A stretch of 64,000 nucleotides of DNA, taken from Marsupella aquatica. Its lineage: Eukaryota > Plantae > Marchantiophyta. The DNA is taken from NCBI GenBank assembly GCA_973895155.1, contig OZ316894.1, positions 6,658,234 to 6,722,233 of the forward strand, read 5' to 3'. Both the position numbers and the translations under genes were made by a program. Of this stretch, positions 1 through 11,016 are shown in pieces. A model generated the notes under the pieces. The model did not search any database. It was not told the DNA's origin and saw nothing but the letters and a program-made list of their open reading frames with translations. How positions within the stretch are numbered: the first letter of the stretch is position 1; each line of letters opens with the position of its first letter.

Positions 1-184
1 TAAAATTAAATGGAATAGATGCAAAGACTCAAGCTAGCACATTCCTACCAAGATTAGACCCCCTTCTTACCAAAAGGTCTAGAAGATTGAGCGAATGCAT
101 GACCAAATCAGCAGGAACCACTTTAATGGTCTATGCAGGTGAAATTTTCAAGAGAGCCTGAGATGGAGGGTTAATCTACTTGCG

Positions 185-1160
185 GAGCAGCAGCTCTTGG
201 TCTAAACAGTTACAATGGCCCTTGCGATTGGTCTAGCTGCCATATATGAGACGGGAATCCAGCTCTTTTGCCAAACATTCAGACATAGACGGCCCTCTCC
301 TGAGAAGGGAATCCAGCTCTTTCGTTGACAGTTTGGGGACCACTCGCTTCCTCATTCCTCCATTTTTTTTCTTGAAGTCAGTGTCAATTCTTGTGATATC
401 ACCCAGGGTCAACCACAGTGTTTGCCCTCAACCACGTTATGTTTATATGCACTGCGAAGAATTGCTGTTGTGCTAACGTCATTGAATCTCCAAAGGTGTT
501 CTTGCCAATTGATTATATATTCTAGAGTCGAAGAATTGCTGTTGTGCCAAGCTTGCCTTGTAATCTGCAGCTGACTTTATGTGCGCGGTTATGCCCAACA
601 CCAGGCATATATATACATATCAGAAAATTTGGAAAGAGAAATATATTGGGGCGGCCAATTGGTGGGTGTACCCATTGATGCTCATTTTAAAAGAAACGTT
701 TTGAACCTATGAAAAACTCAGGGACCGACCAACCACCTCAACCCTATCTTTCCGGCCGGCTTGTTTATAATTAAACGGGAGATCACCACTATGGACAGTG
801 CAAGAAGACACCTTCTAACTCTGAAATGTCATGCCTGCTTTCAGAGCAGAGAATTTCGTACCAAGAGGCTATCGATCAGCACAGCAGCAAATCGTGATCG
901 AATTAAAATTAATACTCATTATTCTTACGTTGACTCACAAAACTTACGTACAGTGACTTCTGAACTACAGCAGCAGCCCAGCTTCGCCAGGCCGGTATTG
1001 CTCTAGTTAGGCTGGGCCCTAGCTCCTACCTTTGCATGCTGCCCTCTTCTCAATCACAAGCCTAGCTTCCTTTACGTCCGTATGGACCTTGTCACTCCAT
1101 CATTGGGGCTTAAATGTGGAAACATACAGGCCATTTTTCCAGGAATACTGGATATGTGTC
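185..1160. repeat. Copy 1 of a ~1 kb block triplicated in this window (other copies ~9270-10060 and ~20190-21390); no product recognised
   Basis: Shared text such as cagttacaatggcccttgcg...gaatccagctcttttg...gttgacagtttgggg...tcagagcagagaa...gaactacagca occurs at all three loci; the reading frames contain stops. Confidence 0.85.
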
Positions 1161-1214
1161 AATATATCTGAATTGTCTTCCTTAATTCTGACATAAGATT
1201 GGAAGCGATCGACC

Positions 1215-3290
1215 TGTTGATGACTGTATAGATATACGTAGACAGACTAGTCAGCAATTGCATTAGCTGTAGTTTTCAGCGACACGTAGTTAACCGTCGT
1301 TGTTTCTCTCTTTCTGTTCCACTTGGTTGCCAGCAGGGCCGCTCCCTGGATGCGCTCTACCCCACTTGGGCTGCGCCCCTGTCTGCCGCCCGAGGATGAT
1401 TGTTCCTTCATGTTATATGTCCCTGCCCTTGCAGTGATTGTATTATTATCAGGCATACCCTGAGAAGCAGATTTGAGCACTGCGTGCATATATTCCATCT
1501 CTTGTATATTCTCTCGTGTACATGCATCTACAAGTCGTTATGTGTTTTTAGATTCACAGGTTATGGGCCATTTAAATTTGATTTTCAAATCTAACTACAT
1601 TACACTTTGTTCTAGTACTTCGATAGTTCATTCGCTCCCCAGCTCTCATTGTACTACCTCTAATTCTTTACTTCTTGAAATTCTAGGTTTTGTTATCTCC
1701 AAGTCTAACATCTCCTTTGTTTCATGCTTCGATGGGTAGTTCTTCCATTGGCTACAATAGTCACCTGATACCGAAACTTGAAGGTAGCCAGAATTTCTCC
1801 ACCTGGAAAATTCCGTGCACGTCAACCCTTAAGGCTTCAGGTGCGTGGAACTTCATTGATGCTACTGCTACCGAACCAGTCAAGGATGATGCTGAGAAGG
1901 ACTACCAGTTTTGCTAAACGCCTGGAACTTTATCACTCTCGTGCTGCTTCTTGCCAATGTCAATAAATACAACACTGCAGGAGAAGATTCAAGTGCTACA
2001 TTTTGTTACCATTTTTGATTCCCATTTCGAACATTGGACTGCCAACAAGAGGGAACAAATGCACCATAATCTTCCTACCTTAAACTCATTGATTAATGAA
2101 GTTGTGGATGAGTCTCGCAGGAGCAATGAACGAGCAGCTCTTCAAGTGATGACAAATCATGCGTCTCCTGTGGCCCCATGACTGAAGCGACCGAAGCCTT
2201 TCAAGGCTGAGAGCTGTACTACTTGTCAGCTTCCCAACCACACTGAGGAGCGCTGCTACTACACGCCTCCTAATCTTCGACCAGAGAAGTGGCAGCCGTG
2301 ATTTTGATAATCTTCTTACCTTAAACTCATTGATTAATGAAGTTGTGGATGAGTCTACCTTAAACTCATTGATTAATGAAGTTGTGGATGAGTCTCGCAG
2401 GAGCAATGAACGAGCAGCTCTTCAAGTGATGACAAGTCATGTGTCTCCTGTGGCCCCATGACTGAAGCGACCCCGAAGCCTTTCAAGGCTGAGAACTGTA
2501 CTACTTGTCAGCTTCCCAACCACACTGAGGAGCGCTGCTACTACACGCATCCTAATTAATCTTCGACCAGAGAAGTGGCAGCCAAATCCGACAACCATGC
2601 AACGGGTCCAAGAAAAAACCCGACATCTTCACCATGTGCAAGTGCCGCCGAACCATGATGCTGAGTCTGAGTAAGATATATTCTCAAGTTATTATGCACA
2701 GTTTGGGCATGCACATGCAGCAAATCAGCTTCGACATCACAAGGATGCCACGATTTGGATTGCTGATTCTGGTGCAAGTCACCATTTCTGTAACGATCGT
2801 CACCTTTTCACTGAGTATGAAGCAGATCCTTTACCTATAAATCGGGCAATGACTCTGTGATCTCACCAGGCAAAGGAGTCATTCACTTAATGGTTCGGAG
2901 ATCCAAAGGTGACTACAAACCACTCTCCTTATCCAATGTGCGCTACATACCCTCGAGTTTTCTAAACACAGTTTCAGAGGATATCCTTGAGCAGCATGAT
3001 GTCAGTTGGCGTAGTGAACTTCAACAATTCATTTATCTGCCTTCCGGCACGCACAGAGTTTGCTGTAGTCAAGAAGCAACATGGTCTCACGATGTTGGAT
3101 GTGCGTGTCCCCCTTTCTTTTGAGTGTCATGCTATTTTACTTCCACAAACTCAGTATGATCTCAACATCTTACACAGGGGCCTGGCTCATCTACACATTG
3201 ATGGAATCAAACAACTCATACGTCAAGAACATCTTTCAGTCAAATACTGATGCTCCATTCCTCCCTTGTGAAGCGTGCACACTTTCTTGA
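1215..3290 (+). mobile_element. Degenerate Ty1/Copia LTR retrotransposon 5' half (LTR, PBS, gag, protease, GAG-pre-integrase)
   Basis: Putative LTR TGTTGA(1215)...TTCACA(1558) is followed directly by GGTTATGGGCC (1559-1569, half-tRNA-iMet type PBS). Gag start IPKLEGSQNFSTWK; protease WIADSGASHHFCND at ~2756; LHRGLAH...CEAC at ~3170-3280. Many frameshifts and stops, and an internal tandem duplication at 2066-2580. Confidence 0.85.
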
Positions 3291-4037
3291 TAATCAGTAA
3301 CATTTTTACGGTAAGCACTCAAGGTGGAGTGTGAACTCCTAGATCTTCAAATATATATGAGCCCAGCCCAGCCTAAAGCTAGCGTTAAGACATGCATACA
3401 CCTGACAGAATCTACCGTGCTTTAACTGTACGTACAGAAGAAGATCAATATATCCGATTGCCGAGCTACTTACACAATACGAAGCTGCATTGTGACCAGC
3501 ACAGTTAATAACATGCACATAATGGACGGCTGTTCGTTGAAGTATCCACTGGGAAGGGTGGGAAGGAGTACGACATTAATTGCCGAGATGTGCAGGATCG
3601 ATGTGCGGGCGACAAGTGCACTTTAACGTGCTATATGTGTACATAAATCACAAAACTCTTCGGTAGGGCACCGACAACACTAGTCAAGCATACCACAAAA
3701 TCATTTCGAGCAAGGAATACAGCTTTTTTATTTCTTTCTTTCAGCCAAAGCCTTATTGTAGTTAATTTGCCAAATTCAATCAACGTACACAAGCGGAGGT
3801 AGGAATTATAAACTGATCGAGAGTCTGCTCGATGTGGACAGTACTTCTAACAATCCTGCTAGACAAAACACCATGAACTTCCATTGTCGTGACCTGCATG
3901 GAATGTATATATGAAGCCAACCATGTCGAGCGTCCTAGCCTTTCAGACTCCGCTGTCCCCCTTCATGCATGCACCCTCCAGGAATGGATCCATGTGATAG
4001 GCTCGGGAGATAATTAGCTAAGGGCTACATCTCATAG

Positions 4038-5367
4038 TCATAGAGGGACAAAGGTGTCTGGGGCAGGTGAACCGGATGGGGCAACTGGAGTGTTGCGGGG
4101 CTTCTGAACAAATGGAAGTTTTGAAGTAGAGATCACTGTCTCAGTCCAGACAGAGTCCGGGGCAGGAGGATGAGTTTTGGGGTGGTATGTCATCCTCTTG
4201 ATCCAGCAAACCCTCCAAGTAGTCACCTGGGGCTGGCATACCTGAGGGGGGAACCCGAGTGTCGCGAGGCTTCTCAACAAAGTGTTCGCCTGGGGCTGGC
4301 ATACCGGAGGGGGGAATGCGAGTGTTGCGAGGCTTCTGAACAAATGGAAGGCTTGAACTGGAGCTCACGATATATCTCAGTCCAAGTTCTGGCAAAGTCC
4401 GGGGCGGAATCTGGAGCAGGAGGACGCGTTTGGGGTGGTGTGTAATACTCCTGGTCTTCCAAGACCTCCAAGTACGTGGTGGCCTGGGGCCGGCATACCT
4501 GATGGGGGAACCCCGAGTGTTGCAAAGCTTCTGGACAAAGGGAAAGCTTGAACTAGAGGTCACGATCTCAGTCCAAGTTCTGGCAAAATCCGGGGCAGAG
4601 TCTGGAGCAGGAGGATGAGTTTCGGGTGGTGTGTAGTCCTCCTGGTCCGGAGCAGAGTCTGGAGCAGGAGGGTGCGTTTCGGGTGGTGTGTAGTGCTCCT
4701 GGTCTGGGGCTGAGTCTGGAGCAGGAGGATGAGTTTCGGATGGTGTGTAGTCCTCCTGGTCCTCCAAGACCTCTAAGTGGTGGCCTGGGGCAGGCAAACC
4801 TGATGGACCGGAGTGTTGCGAGGCTTCTGGAGAAATGCAAAGCTTGAACTAGAGCTCAAGGTCTCAGTCCAAGTTCTTGCAGAGTCCGGGGCAGAGTCTG
4901 GAGCAGGAGGATGAATTTCAGGTGGCGTGTAGTCCTCCTGGTCCGGAGCAGAGTCTGGAGCAGGAGGATGCGTTTCGGGTACGTGGTGTGTAGTCCTCCT
5001 GGTCCGGGGCAGAGTCTGGAGCAGGAGGATGAGTTTGAGGTGGTGTGTAGTCCTCCTGACCCATATATAAAGCTTTGGAAGCCATGTGTGTGGAAGTAAG
5101 AAGTTAACAAAAAGAAAATGAATAAATGTCAGACTACAAACAGGCAGAGTCTTCCCACGCATTTTGTTTTACAAATACAAGTAGGAAATCGAGCAACGAC
5201 CAATATGTAGTCTAGTAGGTAGAGACAGTAAATGAAATGACTGCATGAACATTGCAGTGAAACTCACTTCTTGAGGCCACAGCAGCGGGCTGGAAGCATG
5301 CTGCCCACAAAATGATACTGAGGAGGCCAAGGAAACTCAAGCGCTTGAGATGAAAAGCCGTCGTCAT
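4038..5367 (-). pseudogene. Paralogue A of the secreted multi-peptide (RGF-like + IDA/PIP-like) precursor, disabled
   Basis: Exon 1 5367-5268 (MTTAFHLKRLSFLGLLSIILWAACFQPAAVASR, GTGAGT donor). The acceptor is mutated AG>AC at 5087-5086, and there are 4-bp insertions at ~5062, ~4981, ~4474 and ~4371. About 8 DY-type and 5 FVxKPR-type modules are spread over several frames; ends FVPL* at 4038. Confidence 0.8.
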
Positions 5368-7189
5368 AGTTTGTCTTCTAGCTGGCCTGAAAAGAAAATC
5401 GCAAAGATTGAGATCTATAAACAAGGTCGACAATATCCACACGAGAAAAGTTTTCCTAAAATTAAATTCTCACTTTCACCCCAATTAAAACTGGTTCCAT
5501 CCGACCAATGATCTCAATTAGCAGGACCGAAGCATTGTCACCAATGTTGTTGAGAGCAAAGGGGAGCCTTACTGGTGCGTGCAAGAGCAATGAAACTGAA
5601 AATCGGTCACTCTCCAGGCTCACGATCCCCAGGAAAAGGTCAAGTAAGGTAAGCCCGTCTGTATCTCTCCATGCACGCACGATCTCCAAAAATGGCTCAA
5701 AACTCGACTCAAACCTGCGAAACAACGAGGTAGTGAACAACTAATGGCCCCTCGAGCGCAGAGTCCAAACTTACGCAGCGAAATACCTAGTGAACAAACA
5801 ACTAATGCCCCCTCAGCGTAGAGGCTGGTTGATGAAATACCCTGCGCTTCATGTGTGCTTGCGGCACTCTGGTGGGCTCCAGTTTTCTTTGTCACTATGT
5901 ACAGCACAGAGTGAACAAACAACTCATTCCCCTCGAGCGCGCAGTTGATTCACTACACAAGGCAGATCCACTCCCTTTCCATGTGGACATACTCCCATTT
6001 TGTTGAGGTTTCTCTTATCATTTTAGCAAAAAATAGGAGAACGGGCAAAGTGGTAGAATTGCACACTTTCCCACTTTTGAAAACATCAGGTTCTCCTAGT
6101 TCTGATTTACCCCCATGTTGCTGTAGGGAATTAAATTTCGTAGTTAAATTTCCCTGTCATGTAATAATTCTTGAGGATGTCTAAAGAGGAACAAAGGAAC
6201 TTGTGTTGTTACTGTAGACTGATCTAGGTAATGATTCATGCATCACTACCCATTTACAATTCATTGAAACAATTTTTGTAGCCCAAATTGATGCTCTGGT
6301 TGAAGATTCGGGGGCAGTTTAAGTGTTTGTAGGTAAATCTACAACTTTCTTTTTAAACACAAGAGAATTGGCAAAAACCCACTCATTGCCAATGGAAATT
6401 ACACATGCTCTAGGATTGTCTTTTTTGTAACTAAGTAGAATTTAAGAACACCAATATCAAGCTAGGTAAGAGTCACCCATAAGGTAGGATAAATTTTGAA
6501 TTCCTACTGAGGGCATGTGACAGTTTTTCCTTGTGCTAAATACCCTGCGCTTGATGTGTGCTTGCGGCACTCTGGTGGGGTCCAGTTTTCCTTGTCACTA
6601 TGTACAGTCCCGAGTGAACAAACAACTAATTCCCCCTCGAGCGCATAGGCTAGTTCACTAAATACGCTACGCTTCATGTGTGCTTGTGGCACTCTGGTGG
6701 GTCCAGTTTGCTTTGTCACTATGTACTAACAGGCCAATCAATGGCATTTTGTTTGCTTTGTCACTATGTACAACCCAATCACTCGAATTTTGGTTTGGAT
6801 ATGGACTTCAAGTTCGTGTCAAGCTGGCGTGGAAATGACAGACTCAGTTATTTAGGGATAGTTATGAACTTCAAGTTCGTGGCAGGCTGACGTAGAAGAC
6901 CCGATCAAATGTCAATATGTCGATGGAGAGTCTTTATTCCAATGCTATCATCAAGGAGGTGTGTCACGGATATTAAGTATTTTAGAGTCCCTATTCCATA
7001 CATTGCTATCAGAGAAGGTGAGAGTTATCACGGATATATAGGATAATAATTACAATAATTTTGTATAGCCAACTTTTTAGTCCATATAAAAATGTAGACC
7101 CCTGCCTATTATACAAGAGTTGCTTACCCGGGATTCAACTTCCCCACAAAAGTTACTTTTCTTAAGTTTTAGGGTCGAATGGTATTGGG

Positions 7190-8160
7190 GGGCATGGAGG
7201 TTTGACTATGTGACAGCACATGTGATCTACAGTACATGTTGGACATAGTGACAGACCAAAACAAGAGTGTGATCACCCTTCTTGCTCTGCCTGATCACGC
7301 AAAAACATTGCTCAGTAAGGAAAAATCCACTATGGCCAAAACGCAAGTTTGAATGCCAGAAAACACTAGCATGCAAGGGTAAACCTACAAAACCATGTGC
7401 CAGTGGGAGTGCTAGTCAACTACACCAAATAGCCCATGGTTAGTCTTAACTCAACAATGGTTTAGCAAAGCTAACCTCGGTTAAGGGCAAAAACTATAGA
7501 AATGCGTGCCCAGACATTTATTTCCTTAATTTTTCTCCAACCCAAATCTATCTGCCCCCTTTCACTCCAACTTGTTTGGAGAGAAGAGCTACAAACCACA
7601 CAACTCTAGTACATTCAAGTTGCAACTTACCTCCAATTAATACCAATATTGGAGATCATATTTGATTGTCATTTTCAGCTTTGCAATAGCAAAAGGATAT
7701 AATTGGTATAGCTTTTAATTTTCATTGTAGTTTTAGTTTTAGTAACTTCTAACTTCCATCTTTGAGAACTCTCAAATGAGACCTGCATAATGTATAAATT
7801 TCAGCCAACATCCAAAACCCATTGGCATTGTCACAAAGAGACTTGCAATACCAGTATCTCCCCAAGCATTGAAGAGTTAAGCCAAGGGTAAATCTACCAA
7901 TAATGTTGTCAATGCTTGGGGGAGATACGGGTATCTCATCCAGTATCTCCTATCTCACTAAACATGAAAGAGGTGTTGCAAAGTATTCCAATAATATATA
8001 CCATCATTCATGAATGATACCTTGTGGAGATATTGATTCCCCCCCAAGCATTGAAGAGATACTTTACAATCGAACTCTCTTGCAAGTTGGACGTAGGATA
8101 TGTGATGAATCAAAAACTTTAAGGTGTAAGTTGCACATTTTTCTCATGAACTGACAGAAA
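7190..8160. repeat. Block duplicated in direct orientation at ~26370-27660
   Basis: gcacatgtgatctacagtacatg...tagtcttaactcaac...cccaaatctatctg...ccccaagcattgaagagatact...ctttaaggtgtaag is shared by both loci. Confidence 0.85.
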
Positions 8161-9269
8161 AGTCTGACTACCATTTCATTGAAAGTTGTTTGGAACAACG
8201 TGTTGTACCACCTGAGGTTTAGTGATAGTTACATTTGGCGGGTAGTTTGGTTGTACCACCTGATGTTTAGTGATAGTTTGGGTCACTGATAATGAGGGCT
8301 TTGCCTGGGGCTTTGTGGGACATTGAGAAGTGTATATACATTGCGACAATTTTTGGAGGGCCACAACAAAATGAGGAGTACATGTTGGGGCAGTGGCCAT
8401 AATAATTCCTCCATGTTAGCCCTACGGTGAAGCCATTGGACACCCCCATCACTTGTGCCAACCACTTAATATAGCAACAACAATGAAAATGTGATGCCAA
8501 AAATGCAAAAGGTGGAAAGCTTTGAGGCACACAAGGGATGAAACAAAATGAATTTCACACAAATCATTCCAAGACTCTATAAAATTACAAATATGGAGCT
8601 AATGTGGTGCAGTCACCCAATGACTTGTTTTAGCACTTGTTCATAGCAAGTGGTTGCACCATTGTGTCTTACATCCCTAAACTATGGGTTTCATTTGCCT
8701 GGGTATGCAACTCCCATTTTTATGATAGAAGTTTATAATAGAAGTTACATAAAATCAGATAATTAATTAGACAACTTAAGCTAGCATACTTAAATATGGC
8801 AATTAGCATGAACAAATCATGCCCCTCATGAAAGTGAACCACATATAGTCTGACCATCTTACTTCATTAGTCTAATCTTATTTCCTATTTATTGTTGTTA
8901 TTTGTAAGGTGATTAACCAACAACCCTAAACTGTTTCGTACATGCACTTTTCCAATGTACCAATAAGGTCAACCCCAAATCCAAATCAAAGGAGAGTAAA
9001 CAGTACTAGCTATATATACGTACTGCTGGACCTCAGGTCACTTGCCTAAGTTTAATATTTCCTTCAACAAATTCTCTGTCAAATCTGACATTCTTAGATG
9101 TTTAGTGCTGATCGAATGATTAATTGATATATTCTTCAAGTGCGCCAGAAATTTCGAATGGTAATTTCAAGAAAGAGGCTTTGCTATATGTGCATGGAAC
9201 CACCCGTTTTGGCTCTCATGAAGAAACTAACGTACTGAAGCTCAATCAGATCGAAATATGGCTTTTAAT

Positions 9270-10060
9270 CTTCTTGGGGAGCAACAGCTCTTGTGGTCAG
9301 AACAGTTACAATGACCCTTGCGATCGATGACTCTAGCTGCCATGAGACGTGAATCCAGCTCTTTTGCGAAATATTCAGAGATAAACGGTCCTCCAAGGGA
9401 GTATAGAAAGGAATCCAGCTCTTTCGTTGACAGTTTGGGGAACCACTTGCTTCCTTATTCCTCCAATTTGTTTCTTGAAGTCAGTGTCAATTCTTGTGAT
9501 ATCACCCATGACGGTTCAACTTGCCTTGAGCTCTGCAACTGACTTTATGTGCGCTCAGTTATATGCCCAACACAGACGCATACGTACATATCGATCAGAA
9601 AAGTTGGAAAGAGAAATAGATTGGGCCAATTAGTAGGTGTGCTCATTTTAAAAGAAACGTTCCGAACAGCCAACCTATGGAAAGCTCAAGGACCCTATCT
9701 TTCTGGCCGGCTTATTTTAACGGAGATCACCGCTAGCTATAGACAGTCCATGACGACCCCTCCTACCTCTCACATGTCATGCCTGCTTTCAGAGCAGAGA
9801 AGTTCTTATCAAGAGGCTATCAGCACAGCCGCAAATCGTGATCAAATCAAAATGCTCATTATTCTTCGGTTGAGTCACAAAACACAAAACTTGCTGTACA
9901 GTGACTTCCGAACTACAGCAACAGCCCTACTTCGCCAGCCGGGCCGCTACTGCTCTAGCTAAGCTGGCCCTAGCTCCTAGCTTTGCTACCCTCTTCCCAA
10001 TATTTAATCACAAGCCTAGCTTCCTCCCCACCCTATGGACAGTCCGCGCCCAGCCGCCCG
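9270..10060. repeat. Copy 2 of the triplicated ~1 kb block
   Basis: Colinear with 185-1090 and 20190-21320. Confidence 0.85.
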
Positions 10061-11016
10061 TCCTTAGTTAATTCCTTCTCACTCGATCATTCTGAACTGT
10101 ACATATTTAAGTTGACTGTAACAATATCCTAGGTGTCCTAAGCCTGCAACATGTCAATAAAGGTATAAATGTATTTCTTCAGAGACGTACACTCTCACAT
10201 ACCCTAATAAAAATAGAAGGTTAGCTGCATGTAAATCATGAAAAGAAACTAACGTACTGAAGCTCAATCAGGTCTGAAATATGACATTGTATGTTCTGTT
10301 AATCTTTTTGCAATATGACATTGTATGGCCTTTCAATCTTTTTGCAGAGCAACAGCTCTTGGTCCTTGGTCCTCATCACACTACTTGTTTGGTCTGTCAT
10401 TATGTTCCGGTTGCAGTCAAGCCACAGACGCCACAAGATCCGATACCCTACAAACAGTTTGGCAGCCACTGGCGCCATCCTTTATCATGGCATCATCCAA
10501 CAAAGCCAACAGCCCAGTCACCCCCTTTGGAAGTTCCAGCAAGGACAATCTGCACAGGTACGGTGCCAACACTTCCGGTCATGCACATAGCACAGAAACA
10601 GATGAGGGAGTCACCCCCCTTGGAAGTTCCAGCAATGACAACCTGCACAGGTGCCAACAGTTCCGGTCATGCACATAGCACAGAAATAGATGCTAGGGAT
10701 TGTTTAAAACACTCACAAAGCTTGCAGGCTCCAATAGATTAAGGACCAAAGTTAATGTAGCTCCAGGGCAATTAATGCTAATCCGCATTAATGCTAATCC
10801 ACATTCATTCCCTTGTAAGTAACGCACGCATGTGCTAGATATGTGTTAAGGTTAAATACCTGGCCGAAGATGGAAGTCTTTAGCTAGGGATTCACATTCA
10901 TTTGGATTATGATAGAATGTGTATAGTTTTAAGTCATCTCTTTGTCTGCAAAGGGTGGAAAGTGTATTTAAATTCCTTAAAACCAAAACACACCTACACG
11001 CACATGTATATATATA

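Noticed and set aside
3318-3345. AAGGTGGAG-TGTG as PPT and 3' LTR start of the first Copia
   Set aside because: The following sequence does not match the putative 5' LTR at 1215-1558, and no TSD was found.
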